NCBI RefSeq assembly: GCF_041248615.1
Contig: NZ_CP158426.1
DNA from: Escherichia coli
GTDB lineage: Bacteria; Pseudomonadota; Gammaproteobacteria; Enterobacterales; Enterobacteriaceae
Length of the DNA: 64,000 bases
Strand: one strand, 5' to 3'
Below, piece by piece: positions 14,915-26,266 of the stretch (position 1 is the first letter of the stretch; each line of letters starts with the position of its first letter). Both the position numbers and the translations under genes were made by a program. The notes under the pieces were generated by a model. It was not told the DNA's origin and did no database searches. It saw only the letters and a program-made list of their open reading frames with translations.

Positions 14915-17900
14915 ATGATGGAAATTCTGCGTGGTTCGCCTGCATTGTCGGCATTCCGAATCAACAAACTGCTGGCACGTTTTCAGGCTGCCAGGCTCCC
15001 GGTTCACACTATTTACGCCGAGTATGTCCATTTTGCTGACCTCAATGCGCCGTTAAACGATGATGAGCACGCACAACTTGAACGCCTGCTGAAATATGGC
15101 CCGGCACTCGCCAGCCACGCCCCGCAAGGCAAACTCCTGCTGGTGACCCCGCGTCCTGGCACCATCTCTCCCTGGTCTTCGAAAGCGACCGATATTGCCC
15201 ATAACTGCGGGCTGCAACAGGTAAACCGTCTTGAGCGCGGCGTGGCTTACTATATAGAAGCCGGTACGCTGACCAATGAACAATGGCAGCAGGTTACCGC
15301 TGAACTGCACGACCGCATGATGGAAACGGTCTTTTTTGCTTTAGATGATGCAGAGCAGCTGTTTGCACACCATCAACCGACTCCGGTCACCAGCGTTGAT
15401 TTGCTGGGGCAGGGCCGTCAGGCGCTAATCGACGCTAACCTGCGTCTTGGCCTGGCACTGGCGGAAGATGAAATTGACTATTTGCAGGATGCTTTCACAA
15501 AGCTTGGTCGTAACCCGAACGACATCGAACTGTATATGTTTGCCCAGGCGAACTCCGAGCACTGCCGCCACAAAATTTTTAACGCCGACTGGGTTATCGA
15601 TGGTGAACAGCAGCCGAAATCGCTGTTTAAGATGATCAAAAACACCTTCGAAACCACGCCGGATCACGTTCTCTCTGCTTATAAAGATAACGCCGCCGTA
15701 ATGGAAGGTTCTGAAGTGGGCCGCTACTTTGCTGACCACGAAACGGGCCGCTACGATTTCCATCAGGAACCGGCGCATATTCTGATGAAAGTCGAAACTC
15801 ACAACCACCCGACGGCGATTTCTCCGTGGCCGGGCGCGGCGACCGGTTCCGGCGGTGAAATCCGCGATGAAGGTGCCACCGGGCGCGGCGCGAAGCCGAA
15901 AGCTGGTTTGGTTGGTTTCTCCGTTTCCAACCTGCGAATTCCTGGTTTCGAACAGCCGTGGGAAGAAGATTTCGGTAAGCCTGAGCGCATTGTCACCGCG
16001 CTGGACATCATGACCGAAGGCCCGCTTGGTGGCGCGGCATTTAACAACGAATTTGGTCGTCCGGCACTGAACGGCTACTTCCGTACTTATGAAGAAAAAG
16101 TGAATAGCCACAATGGCGAAGAGCTGCGCGGTTATCACAAACCGATCATGCTGGCGGGCGGGATCGGCAACATTCGCGCCGATCACGTACAAAAAGGCGA
16201 GATCAACGTTGGTGCGAAGCTGGTCGTTCTCGGCGGCCCGGCAATGAACATCGGTCTTGGCGGCGGCGCGGCGTCTTCCATGGCGTCTGGTCAGTCTGAT
16301 GCCGACCTCGACTTTGCTTCCGTACAGCGCGACAACCCGGAGATGGAGCGTCGCTGCCAGGAAGTGATCGACCGTTGCTGGCAGCTTGGTGATGCCAACC
16401 CAATCCTGTTTATCCACGACGTCGGCGCTGGCGGTCTTTCTAACGCCATGCCGGAACTGGTGAGCGACGGCGGGCGCGGCGGTAAATTCGAACTGCGCGA
16501 TATCCTGAGCGACGAACCGGGCATGAGCCCGCTGGAAATCTGGTGTAACGAATCCCAGGAACGCTACGTGCTGGCGGTTGCTGCCGATCAGTTACCGCTG
16601 TTTGACGAACTGTGTAAGCGTGAGCGCGCGCCATACGCGGTGATTGGTGAAGCGACCGAAGAACTGCATCTTTCTTTGCACGATCGTCATTTTGATAATC
16701 AGCCGATCGATCTGCCGCTGGACGTCCTGCTTGGTAAAACGCCGAAGATGACCCGCGAAGTACAAACGCTGAAAGCGAAGGGTGATGCGCTGGTTCGTGA
16801 AGGGATTACCATTGCTGACGCGGTGAAACGCGTGCTGCACCTGCCGACCGTGGCGGAGAAAACTTTCCTGGTGACCATTGGTGACCGCAGCGTAACCGGC
16901 ATGGTAGCGCGCGATCAGATGGTGGGTCCGTGGCAGGTGCCGGTCGCTAACTGCGCGGTCACTACCGCCAGCCTCGATAGCTACTACGGCGAAGCGATGG
17001 CGATTGGCGAGCGTGCGCCGGTTGCGCTGCTGGATTTCGCCGCCTCTGCCCGTCTGGCGGTCGGTGAAGCGTTAACCAATATTGCCGCAACACAGATTGG
17101 CGATATCAAACGCATTAAACTTTCCGCCAACTGGATGGCGGCGGCAGGCCACCCTGGTGAAGATGCGGGCCTGTATGAAGCCGTTAAAGCTGTGGGCGAA
17201 GAACTTTGTCCTGCGCTGGGCCTGACGATCCCGGTGGGTAAAGACTCTATGTCGATGAAAACCCGCTGGCAGGAAGGTAACGAAGAGCGCGAAATGACGT
17301 CGCCGCTGTCGCTGGTGATTTCTGCATTTGCCCGCGTGGAAGATGTGCGTCACACCATCACGCCACAGCTTTCTACCGAAGATAACGCACTGCTGCTGAT
17401 TGATTTGGGCAAAGGCAATAACGCGCTGGGCGCAACGGCGCTGGCGCAGGTTTATCGTCAGCTTGGCGACAAACCGGCAGATGTACGCGATGTCGCGCAA
17501 CTGAAAGGCTTCTATGACGCGGTTCAGGCGCTGGTAGCACAGCGTAAGCTGCTCGCGTACCACGACCGCTCTGATGGCGGCCTGCTGGTAACGCTGGCGG
17601 AAATGGCCTTTGCTGGTCATTGCGGCATTGACGCGGATATCGCCACTCTGGGTGACGATCGCCTGGCGGCGTTGTTTAACGAAGAACTGGGTGCGGTGAT
17701 TCAGGTTCGTGCCGCTGACCGTGAAGCAGTTGAAGCGGTACTGGCACAGCATGGGCTTGCGGATTGCGTCCATTATGTTGGGCAGGCGGTTTCCGGTGAC
17801 CGTTTTGTGATTACCGCCAACGGGCAGACTGTATTCAGCGAAAGCCGCACCACGTTGCGTGTCTGGTGGGCAGAAACTACCTGGCAGATGCAGCGCCTGC

Positions 17901-18802
17901 GTGACAACCCGGAGTGTGCCGACCAGGAGCACCAGGCGAAATCAAACGACGCCGATCCGGGCCTGAATGTAAAACTGTCGTTCGATATCAACGAAGATGT
18001 GGCAGCACCGTATATTGCCACTGGCGCACGTCCGAAAGTTGCTGTGCTGCGTGAGCAGGGCGTGAACTCGCATGTTGAAATGGCGGCAGCTTTCCACCGT
18101 GCAGGCTTCGATGCTATCGACGTGCATATGAGCGACCTGCTGGCTGGACGCACGGGCCTGGAGGATTTCCACGCCCTGGTCGCGTGCGGTGGTTTCTCCT
18201 ACGGTGATGTGCTGGGTGCCGGTGAAGGTTGGGCGAAGTCTATCCTGTTCAATGACCGTGTACGCGATGAGTTTGCAACCTTCTTCCACCGTCCGCAAAC
18301 GCTGGCGCTGGGGGTATGTAACGGTTGCCAGATGATGTCTAATCTGCGCGAACTGATCCCAGGTAGTGAGTTGTGGCCACGTTTTGTGCGCAATACCTCC
18401 GATCGCTTTGAAGCGCGTTTCAGCCTGGTTGAAGTAACCCAAAGCCCGTCTCTGCTGTTGCAGGGGATGGTGGGCTCGCAAATGCCGATTGCTGTATCTC
18501 ATGGTGAAGGGCGCGTGGAAGTGCGTGATGCGGCGCATCTGGCGGCACTGGAAAGCAAAGGGCTGGTGGCACTGCGCTATGTCGATAACTTCGGCAAAGT
18601 CACTGAAACCTACCCGGCTAACCCGAACGGTTCTCCGAATGGTATTACGGCAGTCACGACTGAAAGTGGTCGAGTCACCATTATGATGCCGCACCCGGAA
18701 CGTGTTTTCCGTACTGTCAGCAACTCCTGGCATCCGGAAAACTGGGGCGAGGATGGCCCATGGATGCGCATTTTCCGCAATGCACGTAAGCAATTGGGAT
18801 AA
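14915..18802 (+). CDS. purL: phosphoribosylformylglycinamidine synthase
   Basis: 1295 aa, [23 protein letters not shown]...; C-terminal glutamine amidotransferase domain. Confidence 0.97.
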   Translation: MMEILRGSPALSAFRINKLLARFQAARLPVHTIYAEYVHFADLNAPLNDDEHAQLERLLKYGPALASHAPQGKLLLVTPRPGTISPWSSKATDIAHNCGLQQVNRLERGVAYYIEAGTLTNEQWQQVTAELHDRMMETVFFALDDAEQLFAHHQPTPVTSVDLLGQGRQALIDANLRLGLALAEDEIDYLQDAFTKLGRNPNDIELYMFAQANSEHCRHKIFNADWVIDGEQQPKSLFKMIKNTFETTPDHVLSAYKDNAAVMEGSEVGRYFADHETGRYDFHQEPAHILMKVETHNHPTAISPWPGAATGSGGEIRDEGATGRGAKPKAGLVGFSVSNLRIPGFEQPWEEDFGKPERIVTALDIMTEGPLGGAAFNNEFGRPALNGYFRTYEEKVNSHNGEELRGYHKPIMLAGGIGNIRADHVQKGEINVGAKLVVLGGPAMNIGLGGGAASSMASGQSDADLDFASVQRDNPEMERRCQEVIDRCWQLGDANPILFIHDVGAGGLSNAMPELVSDGGRGGKFELRDILSDEPGMSPLEIWCNESQERYVLAVAADQLPLFDELCKRERAPYAVIGEATEELHLSLHDRHFDNQPIDLPLDVLLGKTPKMTREVQTLKAKGDALVREGITIADAVKRVLHLPTVAEKTFLVTIGDRSVTGMVARDQMVGPWQVPVANCAVTTASLDSYYGEAMAIGERAPVALLDFAASARLAVGEALTNIAATQIGDIKRIKLSANWMAAAGHPGEDAGLYEAVKAVGEELCPALGLTIPVGKDSMSMKTRWQEGNEEREMTSPLSLVISAFARVEDVRHTITPQLSTEDNALLLIDLGKGNNALGATALAQVYRQLGDKPADVRDVAQLKGFYDAVQALVAQRKLLAYHDRSDGGLLVTLAEMAFAGHCGIDADIATLGDDRLAALFNEELGAVIQVRAADREAVEAVLAQHGLADCVHYVGQAVSGDRFVITANGQTVFSESRTTLRVWWAETTWQMQRLRDNPECADQEHQAKSNDADPGLNVKLSFDINEDVAAPYIATGARPKVAVLREQGVNSHVEMAAAFHRAGFDAIDVHMSDLLAGRTGLEDFHALVACGGFSYGDVLGAGEGWAKSILFNDRVRDEFATFFHRPQTLALGVCNGCQMMSNLRELIPGSELWPRFVRNTSDRFEARFSLVEVTQSPSLLLQGMVGSQMPIAVSHGEGRVEVRDAAHLAALESKGLVALRYVDNFGKVTETYPANPNGSPNGITAVTTESGRVTIMMPHPERVFRTVSNSWHPENWGEDGPWMRIFRNARKQLG

Positions 18803-18859
18803 GCCGTCAACCCATTGGTTTTGCAGCCGCATCCGGCATTAAGCACCAACCGCTATTAT

Positions 18860-18890
18860 AAGCTCCCAACTTCGGGAGCTTTTTTGTGTC
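18860..18890 (+). terminator. rho-independent terminator after purL
   Basis: agctcccaacttcgggagct hairpin followed by tttttgtg. Confidence 0.7.
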
Positions 18891-19000
18891 TGTAAATCAC
18901 GACAATGGGTGGTTTACCGTGTCGCTTTCTGGCGACACTTAACTGATTGATTTTAATAGTATCTAATAAGTTTATCTTAAGTTGTCTCTTTTTAGCGACA
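18887..19000 (+). promoter_or_regulatory. three GlrR (QseF) binding sites, TGTC-N10-GACA, upstream of glmY
   Basis: TGTC-N10-GACA at 18887-18904, 18920-18937 and 18983-19000. Confidence 0.6.
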
Positions 19001-19089
19001 CAGTGGCTGATTTACATTCAAATAGCGAAGAAGCCATAAATCCCTCAAAGCAGCGTATAATCAGTACGTTACCAAACTATTTTCTTTAT

Positions 19090-19105
19090 TGGCACAGTTA
19101 CTGCA
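19090..19105 (+). promoter_or_regulatory. sigma-54 promoter of glmY
   Basis: TGGCAC-agtta-CTGCA with canonical GG-N10-GC spacing; predicted start about 12 nt downstream coincides with the GlmY 5' end. Confidence 0.65.
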
Positions 19106-19116
19106 TAATAGTAACC

Positions 19117-19301
19117 AGTGGCTCATTCACCGACTTATGTCAGCCCCTTCGGGACGTGCTACATAAAATTCGAATGACGCACAACAAGGTGCCTGCCGTC
19201 CAACTTCTGATATCAGCGTAGCTATATCAACCATCGGGCGAAACGTCGAGTTAGGCACCGCCTTATTCCATAACAAAGCCGGGTAATTCCCGGCTTTGTT
19301 G
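19117..19301 (+). ncRNA. glmY: GlmY small regulatory RNA
   Basis: Recognised sequence AGTGGCTCATTCACCGACTTATGTCAGCCCCTTCGGGACG... ending in the terminator aaagccgggtaattcccggctttgtt; about 184 nt, just upstream of glrK. Confidence 0.85.
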
Positions 19302-19358
19302 TATCTGAACTTCCCCTCGGTTAGCATCAGGCTATTCGCGTCTGACGAGAGTAACACC

Positions 19359-20786
19359 TTGAAACGCTGGCCCGTTTTTCCCCGCTCATTACGACAACTG
19401 GTAATGCTGGCATTTTTGCTGATTCTGCTGCCCCTGTTGGTGCTGGCATGGCAAGCCTGGCAAAGCCTGAATGCGCTTAGCGATCAGGCGGCGCTGGTTA
19501 ACCGCACTACGCTTATTGATGCCCGGCGCAGTGAAGCGATGACCAACGCGGCGCTGGAGATGGAGCGTAGCTACCGTCAGTATTGCGTGCTGGATGACCC
19601 TACGCTTGCGAAGGTTTATCAAAGCCAGCGCAAGCGTTACAGTGAAATGCTCGATGCCCACGCAGGCGTACTGCCAGACGATAAACTTTACCAGGCATTG
19701 CGTCAGGACTTGAACAATTTGGCTCAACTTCAGTGTAACAACAGCGGTCCCGATGCCGCCGCCGCCGCGCGTCTGGAAGCCTTTGCCAGTGCCAATACCG
19801 AAATGGTGCAGGCCACGCGCACAGTGGTGTTCTCTCGTGGGCAGCAACTTCAGCGTGAAATCGCCGAACGTGGGCAATATTTTGGTTGGCAATCGCTGGT
19901 GCTATTTCTGGTGAGTCTGGTGATGGTACTGCTTTTCACGCGGATGATTATCGGTCCGGTAAAAAATATCGAGAGGATGATCAACCGGTTGGGGGAAGGG
20001 CGTTCTCTGGGCAATAGCGTTTCGTTCAGTGGACCGAGTGAGTTACGCTCGGTTGGGCAACGTATTCTTTGGTTAAGTGAGCGCCTGTCATGGCTGGAAT
20101 CCCAACGTCATCAATTCTTAAGACATTTATCTCATGAATTAAAAACGCCGCTGGCGAGTATGCGCGAGGGCACTGAATTACTGGCTGACCAGGTTGTTGG
20201 GCCGCTTACGCCAGAGCAAAAAGAGGTGGTGAGCATTCTTGATAGCAGCAGCCGCAATTTGCAAAAGTTGATCGAACAACTGCTTGATTACAACCGTAAA
20301 CAGGCGGACGGTGCGGTGGAACTGGAGAATGTTGAGTTAGCGCCACTGGTGGAAATGGTGGTTTCTGCTCATAGCCTGCCCGCACGGGCTAAAATGATGC
20401 ATACCGACGTCGATCTCAAAGCAACAGCTTGCCTGGCGGAGCCAATGCTGCTGATGAGCGTACTGGATAATCTTTACTCCAATGCGGTGCACTACGGGGC
20501 TGAATCCGGTAACATTTGCCTTCGCAGCAGTTTACATGGCGCGCGGGTTTGTATTGATGTCATCAATACAGGCACACCCATTCCGCAAGAGGAACGCGCC
20601 ATGATCTTTGAACCCTTTTTTCAGGGAAGCCACCAGCGAAAAGGGGCGGTGAAGGGCAGCGGTCTGGGATTAAGCATTGCCAGGGATTGTATTCGCCGTA
20701 TGCAAGGGGAACTGTATCTGGTCGACGAGAGCGGGCAAGACGTTTGCTTCCGCATTGAATTGCCGTCGTCGAAAAACACGAAATAA
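19359..20786 (+). CDS. glrK: sensor histidine kinase GlrK (QseE)
   Basis: 475 aa from TTG 19359, (M)KRWPVFPRSLRQLVMLAFLLILLPLL...; HAMP, H-box (LSHELKTPL) and HATPase domains. Confidence 0.9.
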   Translation: MKRWPVFPRSLRQLVMLAFLLILLPLLVLAWQAWQSLNALSDQAALVNRTTLIDARRSEAMTNAALEMERSYRQYCVLDDPTLAKVYQSQRKRYSEMLDAHAGVLPDDKLYQALRQDLNNLAQLQCNNSGPDAAAAARLEAFASANTEMVQATRTVVFSRGQQLQREIAERGQYFGWQSLVLFLVSLVMVLLFTRMIIGPVKNIERMINRLGEGRSLGNSVSFSGPSELRSVGQRILWLSERLSWLESQRHQFLRHLSHELKTPLASMREGTELLADQVVGPLTPEQKEVVSILDSSSRNLQKLIEQLLDYNRKQADGAVELENVELAPLVEMVVSAHSLPARAKMMHTDVDLKATACLAEPMLLMSVLDNLYSNAVHYGAESGNICLRSSLHGARVCIDVINTGTPIPQEERAMIFEPFFQGSHQRKGAVKGSGLGLSIARDCIRRMQGELYLVDESGQDVCFRIELPSSKNTK

Positions 20787-20950
20787 TGCTAACAGCCTAT
20801 CCCATCAGGCTATTTTATTTGCCAGTTTGGCCCTGGGCAGTGCTCGAAATCCTCACGTACGACATGTACGCTCCGGTTTCTCCGCGCTGTCCGTATCCAA
20901 ACTGCCTGCAACAATTACGCCCACTGGGATAGGCATTAAGTCTGGTGAAT

Positions 20951-21664
20951 ATGCGACACATTTTTCAACGATTATTGCCCCGACGGCTGTGGCTGGCAGG
21001 GCTGCCATGTCTGGCATTGCTGGGTTGCGTGCAGAGTCACAATAAACCAGCCATTGATACGCCAGCAGAAGAAAAAATTCCGGTTTATCAACTGGCTGAC
21101 TATCTTTCTACTGAATGTAGCGACATCTGGGCGCTGCAAGGTAAATCAACCGAAACCAATCCGCTTTACTGGCTGCGGGCGATGGATTGTGCTGATCGTT
21201 TAATGCCTGCGCAGTCGCGTCAGCAAGCCCGCCAATATGACGACGGCAGCTGGCAAAATACCTTTAAACAAGGGATTTTGCTCGCCGACGCCAAAATTAC
21301 GCCGTATGAGCGCCGCCAGCTGGTCGCGCGCATTGATGCGCTAAGTACCGAGATCCCGGCACAGGTTCGCCCTCTGTATCAACTCTGGCGCGACAGTCAG
21401 GCGCTGCAACTGCAACTGGCGGAAGAGCGCCAACGCTACGGCAAGCTCCAGCAATCCAGCGACAGCGAGCTGGATACTTTGCGCCAGCAATATCACGTTC
21501 TACAGCAGCAACTGGAACTCACCACCCGCAAGCTGGAAAACCTGACTGATATTGAACGCCAGCTCTCGACCCGCAAACCGGCTGGAAATTTCTCGCCGGA
21601 TACGCCACACGAGAGTGAAAAGCCCGCGCCATCCACCGATGAGGTCACTCCTGATGAGCCATAA
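20951..21664 (+). CDS. qseG: outer-membrane lipoprotein QseG
   Basis: MRHIFQRLLPRRLWLAGLPCLALLGC... with lipobox; 237 aa; between glrK and glrR. Confidence 0.88.
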   Translation: MRHIFQRLLPRRLWLAGLPCLALLGCVQSHNKPAIDTPAEEKIPVYQLADYLSTECSDIWALQGKSTETNPLYWLRAMDCADRLMPAQSRQQARQYDDGSWQNTFKQGILLADAKITPYERRQLVARIDALSTEIPAQVRPLYQLWRDSQALQLQLAEERQRYGKLQQSSDSELDTLRQQYHVLQQQLELTTRKLENLTDIERQLSTRKPAGNFSPDTPHESEKPAPSTDEVTPDEP

Positions 21665-22988
21665 ACCTGCGCATTTATTATTGGTCGATGACGATCCGGG
21701 ATTGCTGAAACTGCTTGGCCTGCGCCTGACCAGCGAAGGCTACAGCGTGGTCACGGCGGAAAGTGGTGCTGAAGGATTACGGGTACTGAATCGCGAAAAA
21801 GTAGATTTAGTTATCAGCGACCTGCGGATGGATGAAATGGATGGTATGCAGCTGTTTGCTGAAATCCAGAAAGTGCAGCCGGGAATGCCGGTAATTATTC
21901 TTACCGCACATGGTTCTATTCCCGATGCCGTTGCTGCAACACAGCAGGGAGTGTTCAGTTTCCTCACCAAGCCTGTCGATAAAGATGCGCTATATCAGGC
22001 AATTGACGATGCGCTGGAACAATCCGCGCCAGCCACCGATGAACGCTGGCGCGAGGCGATTGTCACCCGCAGCCCGCTGATGCTGCGTTTGCTGGAACAG
22101 GCGCGGCTGGTGGCGCAATCAGACGTTAGCGTTTTGATTAACGGCCAGAGCGGCACCGGGAAAGAGATTTTCGCCCAGGCTATCCACAACGCCAGCCCGC
22201 GCAACAGCAAGCCATTTATTGCTATTAACTGTGGCGCATTACCCGAGCAATTGCTGGAGTCGGAGCTATTTGGTCATGCGCGTGGCGCGTTTACTGGCGC
22301 TGTCAGCAATCGCGAAGGTTTATTCCAGGCGGCGGAAGGCGGTACGCTATTTCTCGATGAGATTGGCGATATGCCCGCACCGTTGCAGGTCAAACTGCTG
22401 CGCGTGTTGCAGGAGCGTAAAGTGCGCCCGCTGGGCAGTAACCGCGATATTGATATCGACGTGCGGATTATTTCCGCCACTCACCGCGACCTGCCAAAAG
22501 CGATGGCGCGCGGGGAATTCCGCGAAGATCTCTATTACCGCCTCAACGTTGTCAGCCTGAAAATTCCGGCACTGGCGGAGCGCACAGAAGACATTCCGCT
22601 ACTGGCAAATCACCTGTTGCGCCAGGCGGCAGAGCGACATAAACCGTTTGTCCGCGCGTTCTCTACCGATGCGATGAAACGCCTGATGACCGCGAGCTGG
22701 CCGGGTAATGTGCGCCAGTTGGTCAACGTGATTGAACAGTGCGTGGCGCTGACCTCATCTCCGGTGATTAGTGATGCGCTGGTGGAGCAGGCGCTGGAGG
22801 GTGAAAATACGGCGCTGCCAACCTTTGTTGAGGCACGTAATCAGTTTGAACTCAACTATTTGCGTAAGCTGCTGCAAATCACCAAAGGCAACGTCACCCA
22901 CGCGGCGAGAATGGCGGGGCGCAACCGGACAGAATTTTATAAACTGCTTTCCCGACACGAGCTGGATGCAAACGATTTCAAGGAATGA
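21654..22988 (+). CDS. glrR: sigma-54-dependent response regulator GlrR (QseF)
   Basis: [21 protein letters not shown]..., 444 aa; receiver domain, AAA+ sigma-54 activator domain with GAFTGA, C-terminal HTH; overlaps the qseG stop. Confidence 0.93.
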   Translation: MSHKPAHLLLVDDDPGLLKLLGLRLTSEGYSVVTAESGAEGLRVLNREKVDLVISDLRMDEMDGMQLFAEIQKVQPGMPVIILTAHGSIPDAVAATQQGVFSFLTKPVDKDALYQAIDDALEQSAPATDERWREAIVTRSPLMLRLLEQARLVAQSDVSVLINGQSGTGKEIFAQAIHNASPRNSKPFIAINCGALPEQLLESELFGHARGAFTGAVSNREGLFQAAEGGTLFLDEIGDMPAPLQVKLLRVLQERKVRPLGSNRDIDIDVRIISATHRDLPKAMARGEFREDLYYRLNVVSLKIPALAERTEDIPLLANHLLRQAAERHKPFVRAFSTDAMKRLMTASWPGNVRQLVNVIEQCVALTSSPVISDALVEQALEGENTALPTFVEARNQFELNYLRKLLQITKGNVTHAARMAGRNRTEFYKLLSRHELDANDFKE

Positions 22989-23012
22989 ATTGGCGTTATG
23001 TGTTACGTTTAG

Positions 23013-23387
<375 letters not shown>

Positions 23388-23398
23388 ACCGCGTCAAG

Positions 23399-23424
23399 GG
23401 TTGCCGGATGTTTCCATCCGGCAA
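23399..23424. terminator. hairpin between convergent glnB and hmp
   Basis: gttgccggatg-tttc-catccggcaac perfect 11-bp stem. Confidence 0.45.
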
Positions 23425-23431
23425 CATCAAA

Positions 23432-24622
23432 TCACAGCACCTTATGCGGGCCAAAGCATTCGTAATGAATGTTTTCCTGCTTCACGCCCAGATCCACTAA
23501 CTGTTTCGCGGCAAACTGCATGAAGCCAACCGGGCCGCAGAGATAGAACTGCATTGTCGGATCGCTGAACGCACCTTCCAGTTTGCTCAAATCCATCAGA
23601 CCTTCGCTATCAAACTGACCTTTAGCGCGATCGGCTTCGCTTGGCTGACGATACCAGGTGTGCGCGGTAAAGCGCGGCAGTGCTTGCCCCAGTTCCTTAA
23701 CTTCATCGGCAAAGGCGTGAACATCGCCATTTTCTGCCGCATGGAACCAGTTCACTTGTGCTGTGTGGCCAGCTTTTGCCAGCGTGTCGAGCATTGCCAG
23801 CATTGGCGTTTGACCGACACCGGCAGAGATTAACGTCACTGGTGTGTCATCTGCGACAGCCATAAAGAAATCACCTGCTGGAGCAACCAGTTTCACGACA
23901 TCGCCAACATTGGCGTGATTGTGCAGCCAGTTGGATACCTGCCCACCCTCTTCGCGTTTCACCGCAATACGATAGCCTTTGCCATCCGGTTTGCGAGTCA
24001 AAGAGTACTGACGAATTTCCTGATGCGGGAAACCTTCCGGCTTCAGCCAGACGCCGAGATATTGCCCCGGACGGTATTCTGCCACTGCGCCACCGTCGAC
24101 CGGCTCCAGTTCGAAGCTGGTGATAAGTGCGCTGCGCGGTGTTTTAGCCACAATGCGGAAATCGCGAGTACCTTCCCAGCCACCGGCTTTGCTGGCGTTT
24201 TCGTTATAGATTTCCGCCTCGCGATTGATAAATACATTAGCCAGTACGCCATAGGCTTTACCCCACGCGTCCAGCACTTCCTGGCCCGGGCTGAACATTT
24301 CGTCCAGCGTCGCCAACAGGTGTTCACCGACAATGTTGTACTGTTCCGGTTTGATCTGGAAGCTGGTGTGCTTCTGCGCGATTTTTTCTACCGCTGGCAG
24401 CAGCGCAGGCAGGTTTTCAATATTACTGGCGTAGGCGGCAATAGCGTTAAACAGGGCTTCACGTTGATCGCCATTGCGCTGGTTACTCATGTTAAAAATT
24501 TCTTTGAGTTCTGGGTTATGAGTAAACATACGGTCGTAGAAATGGGCGGTTAACTTTGGCCCCGTTTCCACCAGTAAAGGGATGGTGGCTTTTACTGTAG
24601 CGATGGTTTGAGCGTCAAGCAT
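23432..24622 (-). CDS. hmp: flavohemoprotein (nitric oxide dioxygenase)
   Basis: [17 protein letters not shown]..., 396 aa; globin plus FAD/NAD reductase domains. The 7-codon extension in the track ORF overlaps the NsrR operator. Confidence 0.95.
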   Translation of the reverse strand: MLDAQTIATVKATIPLLVETGPKLTAHFYDRMFTHNPELKEIFNMSNQRNGDQREALFNAIAAYASNIENLPALLPAVEKIAQKHTSFQIKPEQYNIVGEHLLATLDEMFSPGQEVLDAWGKAYGVLANVFINREAEIYNENASKAGGWEGTRDFRIVAKTPRSALITSFELEPVDGGAVAEYRPGQYLGVWLKPEGFPHQEIRQYSLTRKPDGKGYRIAVKREEGGQVSNWLHNHANVGDVVKLVAPAGDFFMAVADDTPVTLISAGVGQTPMLAMLDTLAKAGHTAQVNWFHAAENGDVHAFADEVKELGQALPRFTAHTWYRQPSEADRAKGQFDSEGLMDLSKLEGAFSDPTMQFYLCGPVGFMQFAAKQLVDLGVKQENIHYECFGPHKVL

Positions 24623-24644
24623 ATGGTCTTCCTTTTTTTGCATC

Positions 24645-24671
24645 TTAATTGATGTATCTCAAATGCATCTT
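24645..24671 (-). promoter_or_regulatory. NsrR operator in the hmp promoter
   Basis: Minus strand reads AAGATGCATTTGAGATACATCAATT, an 11-1-11 inverted repeat matching the NsrR consensus, immediately upstream of hmp. Confidence 0.65.
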
Positions 24672-24949
24672 ATAAAAAATAGCCCTGCAATGTAAATGGT
24701 TCTTTGGTGTTTTTCAGAAAGAATGTGATGAAGTGAAAAATTTGCATCACAAACCTGAAAAGAAATCCGTTTCCGGTTGCAAGCTCTTTATTCTCCAAAG
24801 CCTTGCGCAGCCTGAAGGTAATCGTTTGCGTAAATTCCTTTGTCAAGACCTGTTATCGCACAATGATTCGGTTATACTGTTCGCCGTTGTCCAACAGGAC
24901 CGCCTATAAAGGCCAAAAATTTTATTGTTAGCTGAGTCAGGAGATGCGG

Positions 24950-26203
24950 ATGTTAAAGCGTGAAATGAACATTGCCGATTATGATGCCGAACTGTGGCAG
25001 GCTATGGAGCAGGAAAAAGTACGTCAGGAAGAGCACATCGAACTGATCGCCTCCGAAAACTACACCAGCCCGCGCGTAATGCAGGCGCAGGGTTCTCAGC
25101 TGACCAACAAATATGCTGAAGGTTATCCGGGCAAACGCTACTACGGCGGTTGCGAGTATGTTGATATCGTTGAACAACTGGCGATCGATCGTGCGAAAGA
25201 ACTGTTCGGTGCTGACTACGCTAACGTCCAGCCGCACTCCGGCTCCCAGGCTAACTTTGCGGTGTACACCGCGCTGCTGGAACCAGGTGATACCGTTCTG
25301 GGTATGAACCTGGCGCATGGCGGTCACCTGACTCACGGTTCTCCGGTTAACTTCTCCGGTAAACTGTACAACATCGTTCCTTACGGTATCGATGCTAGCG
25401 GTCATATCGACTACGCCGATCTGGAAAAACAAGCCAAAGAACACAAACCGAAAATGATTATCGGTGGCTTCTCTGCATATTCCGGCGTGGTGGACTGGGC
25501 GAAAATGCGTGAAATCGCTGACAGCATCGGTGCTTACCTTTTCGTTGATATGGCGCACGTTGCGGGCCTGGTTGCTGCTGGCGTCTACCCGAACCCGGTT
25601 CCTCATGCTCACGTTGTTACTACCACCACTCACAAAACCCTGGCGGGTCCGCGCGGTGGCCTGATCCTGGCGAAAGGTGGTAGCGAAGAGCTGTACAAAA
25701 AACTGAACTCTGCCGTTTTCCCTGGTGGTCAGGGCGGTCCGTTGATGCACGTAATCGCCGGTAAAGCGGTTGCTCTGAAAGAAGCGATGGAGCCTGAGTT
25801 CAAAACTTACCAGCAGCAGGTCGCTAAAAACGCTAAAGCGATGGTAGAAGTGTTCCTGGAACGCGGCTACAAAGTGGTTTCCGGCGGCACTGATAACCAC
25901 CTGTTCCTGGTTGATCTGGTTGATAAAAACCTGACCGGTAAAGAAGCTGACGCCGCTCTGGGCCGTGCTAACATCACCGTCAACAAAAACAGCGTACCGA
26001 ACGATCCGAAGAGCCCGTTTGTGACCTCCGGTATTCGCGTGGGTACTCCGGCGATTACGCGTCGCGGCTTCAAAGAAGCAGAAGCGAAAGAACTGGCTGG
26101 CTGGATGTGTGACGTGCTGGACAGCATCAATGATGAAGCGGTTATTGAGCGCATCAAAGGTAAAGTTCTCGACATCTGTGCACGTTACCCGGTTTACGCA
26201 TAA
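24950..26203 (+). CDS. glyA: serine hydroxymethyltransferase
   Basis: [22 protein letters not shown]..., 417 aa; PLP-binding region [14 protein letters not shown]. Confidence 0.97.
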   Translation: MLKREMNIADYDAELWQAMEQEKVRQEEHIELIASENYTSPRVMQAQGSQLTNKYAEGYPGKRYYGGCEYVDIVEQLAIDRAKELFGADYANVQPHSGSQANFAVYTALLEPGDTVLGMNLAHGGHLTHGSPVNFSGKLYNIVPYGIDASGHIDYADLEKQAKEHKPKMIIGGFSAYSGVVDWAKMREIADSIGAYLFVDMAHVAGLVAAGVYPNPVPHAHVVTTTTHKTLAGPRGGLILAKGGSEELYKKLNSAVFPGGQGGPLMHVIAGKAVALKEAMEPEFKTYQQQVAKNAKAMVEVFLERGYKVVSGGTDNHLFLVDLVDKNLTGKEADAALGRANITVNKNSVPNDPKSPFVTSGIRVGTPAITRRGFKEAEAKELAGWMCDVLDSINDEAVIERIKGKVLDICARYPVYA

Positions 26204-26223
26204 GCGAAACGGTTAATCTGTTG

Positions 26224-26252
26224 AAAAAAGGCTTCCTTCGGGAAGCCTTTCT
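26224..26252 (+). terminator. rho-independent terminator after glyA
   Basis: aaaaaaggcttcc-ttcg-ggaagccttt hairpin. Confidence 0.6.
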
Positions 26253-26266
26253 ACGTTATCGCGCCA

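Noticed and set aside
15425-18832. Long minus-strand ORFs inside purL (15425..16417, 17072..17932, 17942..18832)
   Set aside because: Shadow ORFs antisense to a highly conserved GC-rich gene; Arg/His/Gln-rich translations with no recognisable domains.
20803-20936. Inverted repeat gcctatccca / tgggataggc about 105 bp apart in the glrK-qseG spacer, as a possible MITE
   Set aside because: Only about 10 bp arms, no target duplication and no terminal IS-like motifs; more likely an operon-internal attenuator or chance repeat.
24953-25900. 315-aa minus-strand ORF antisense to glyA
   Set aside because: Entirely nested antisense within conserved glyA; composition typical of a shadow frame.
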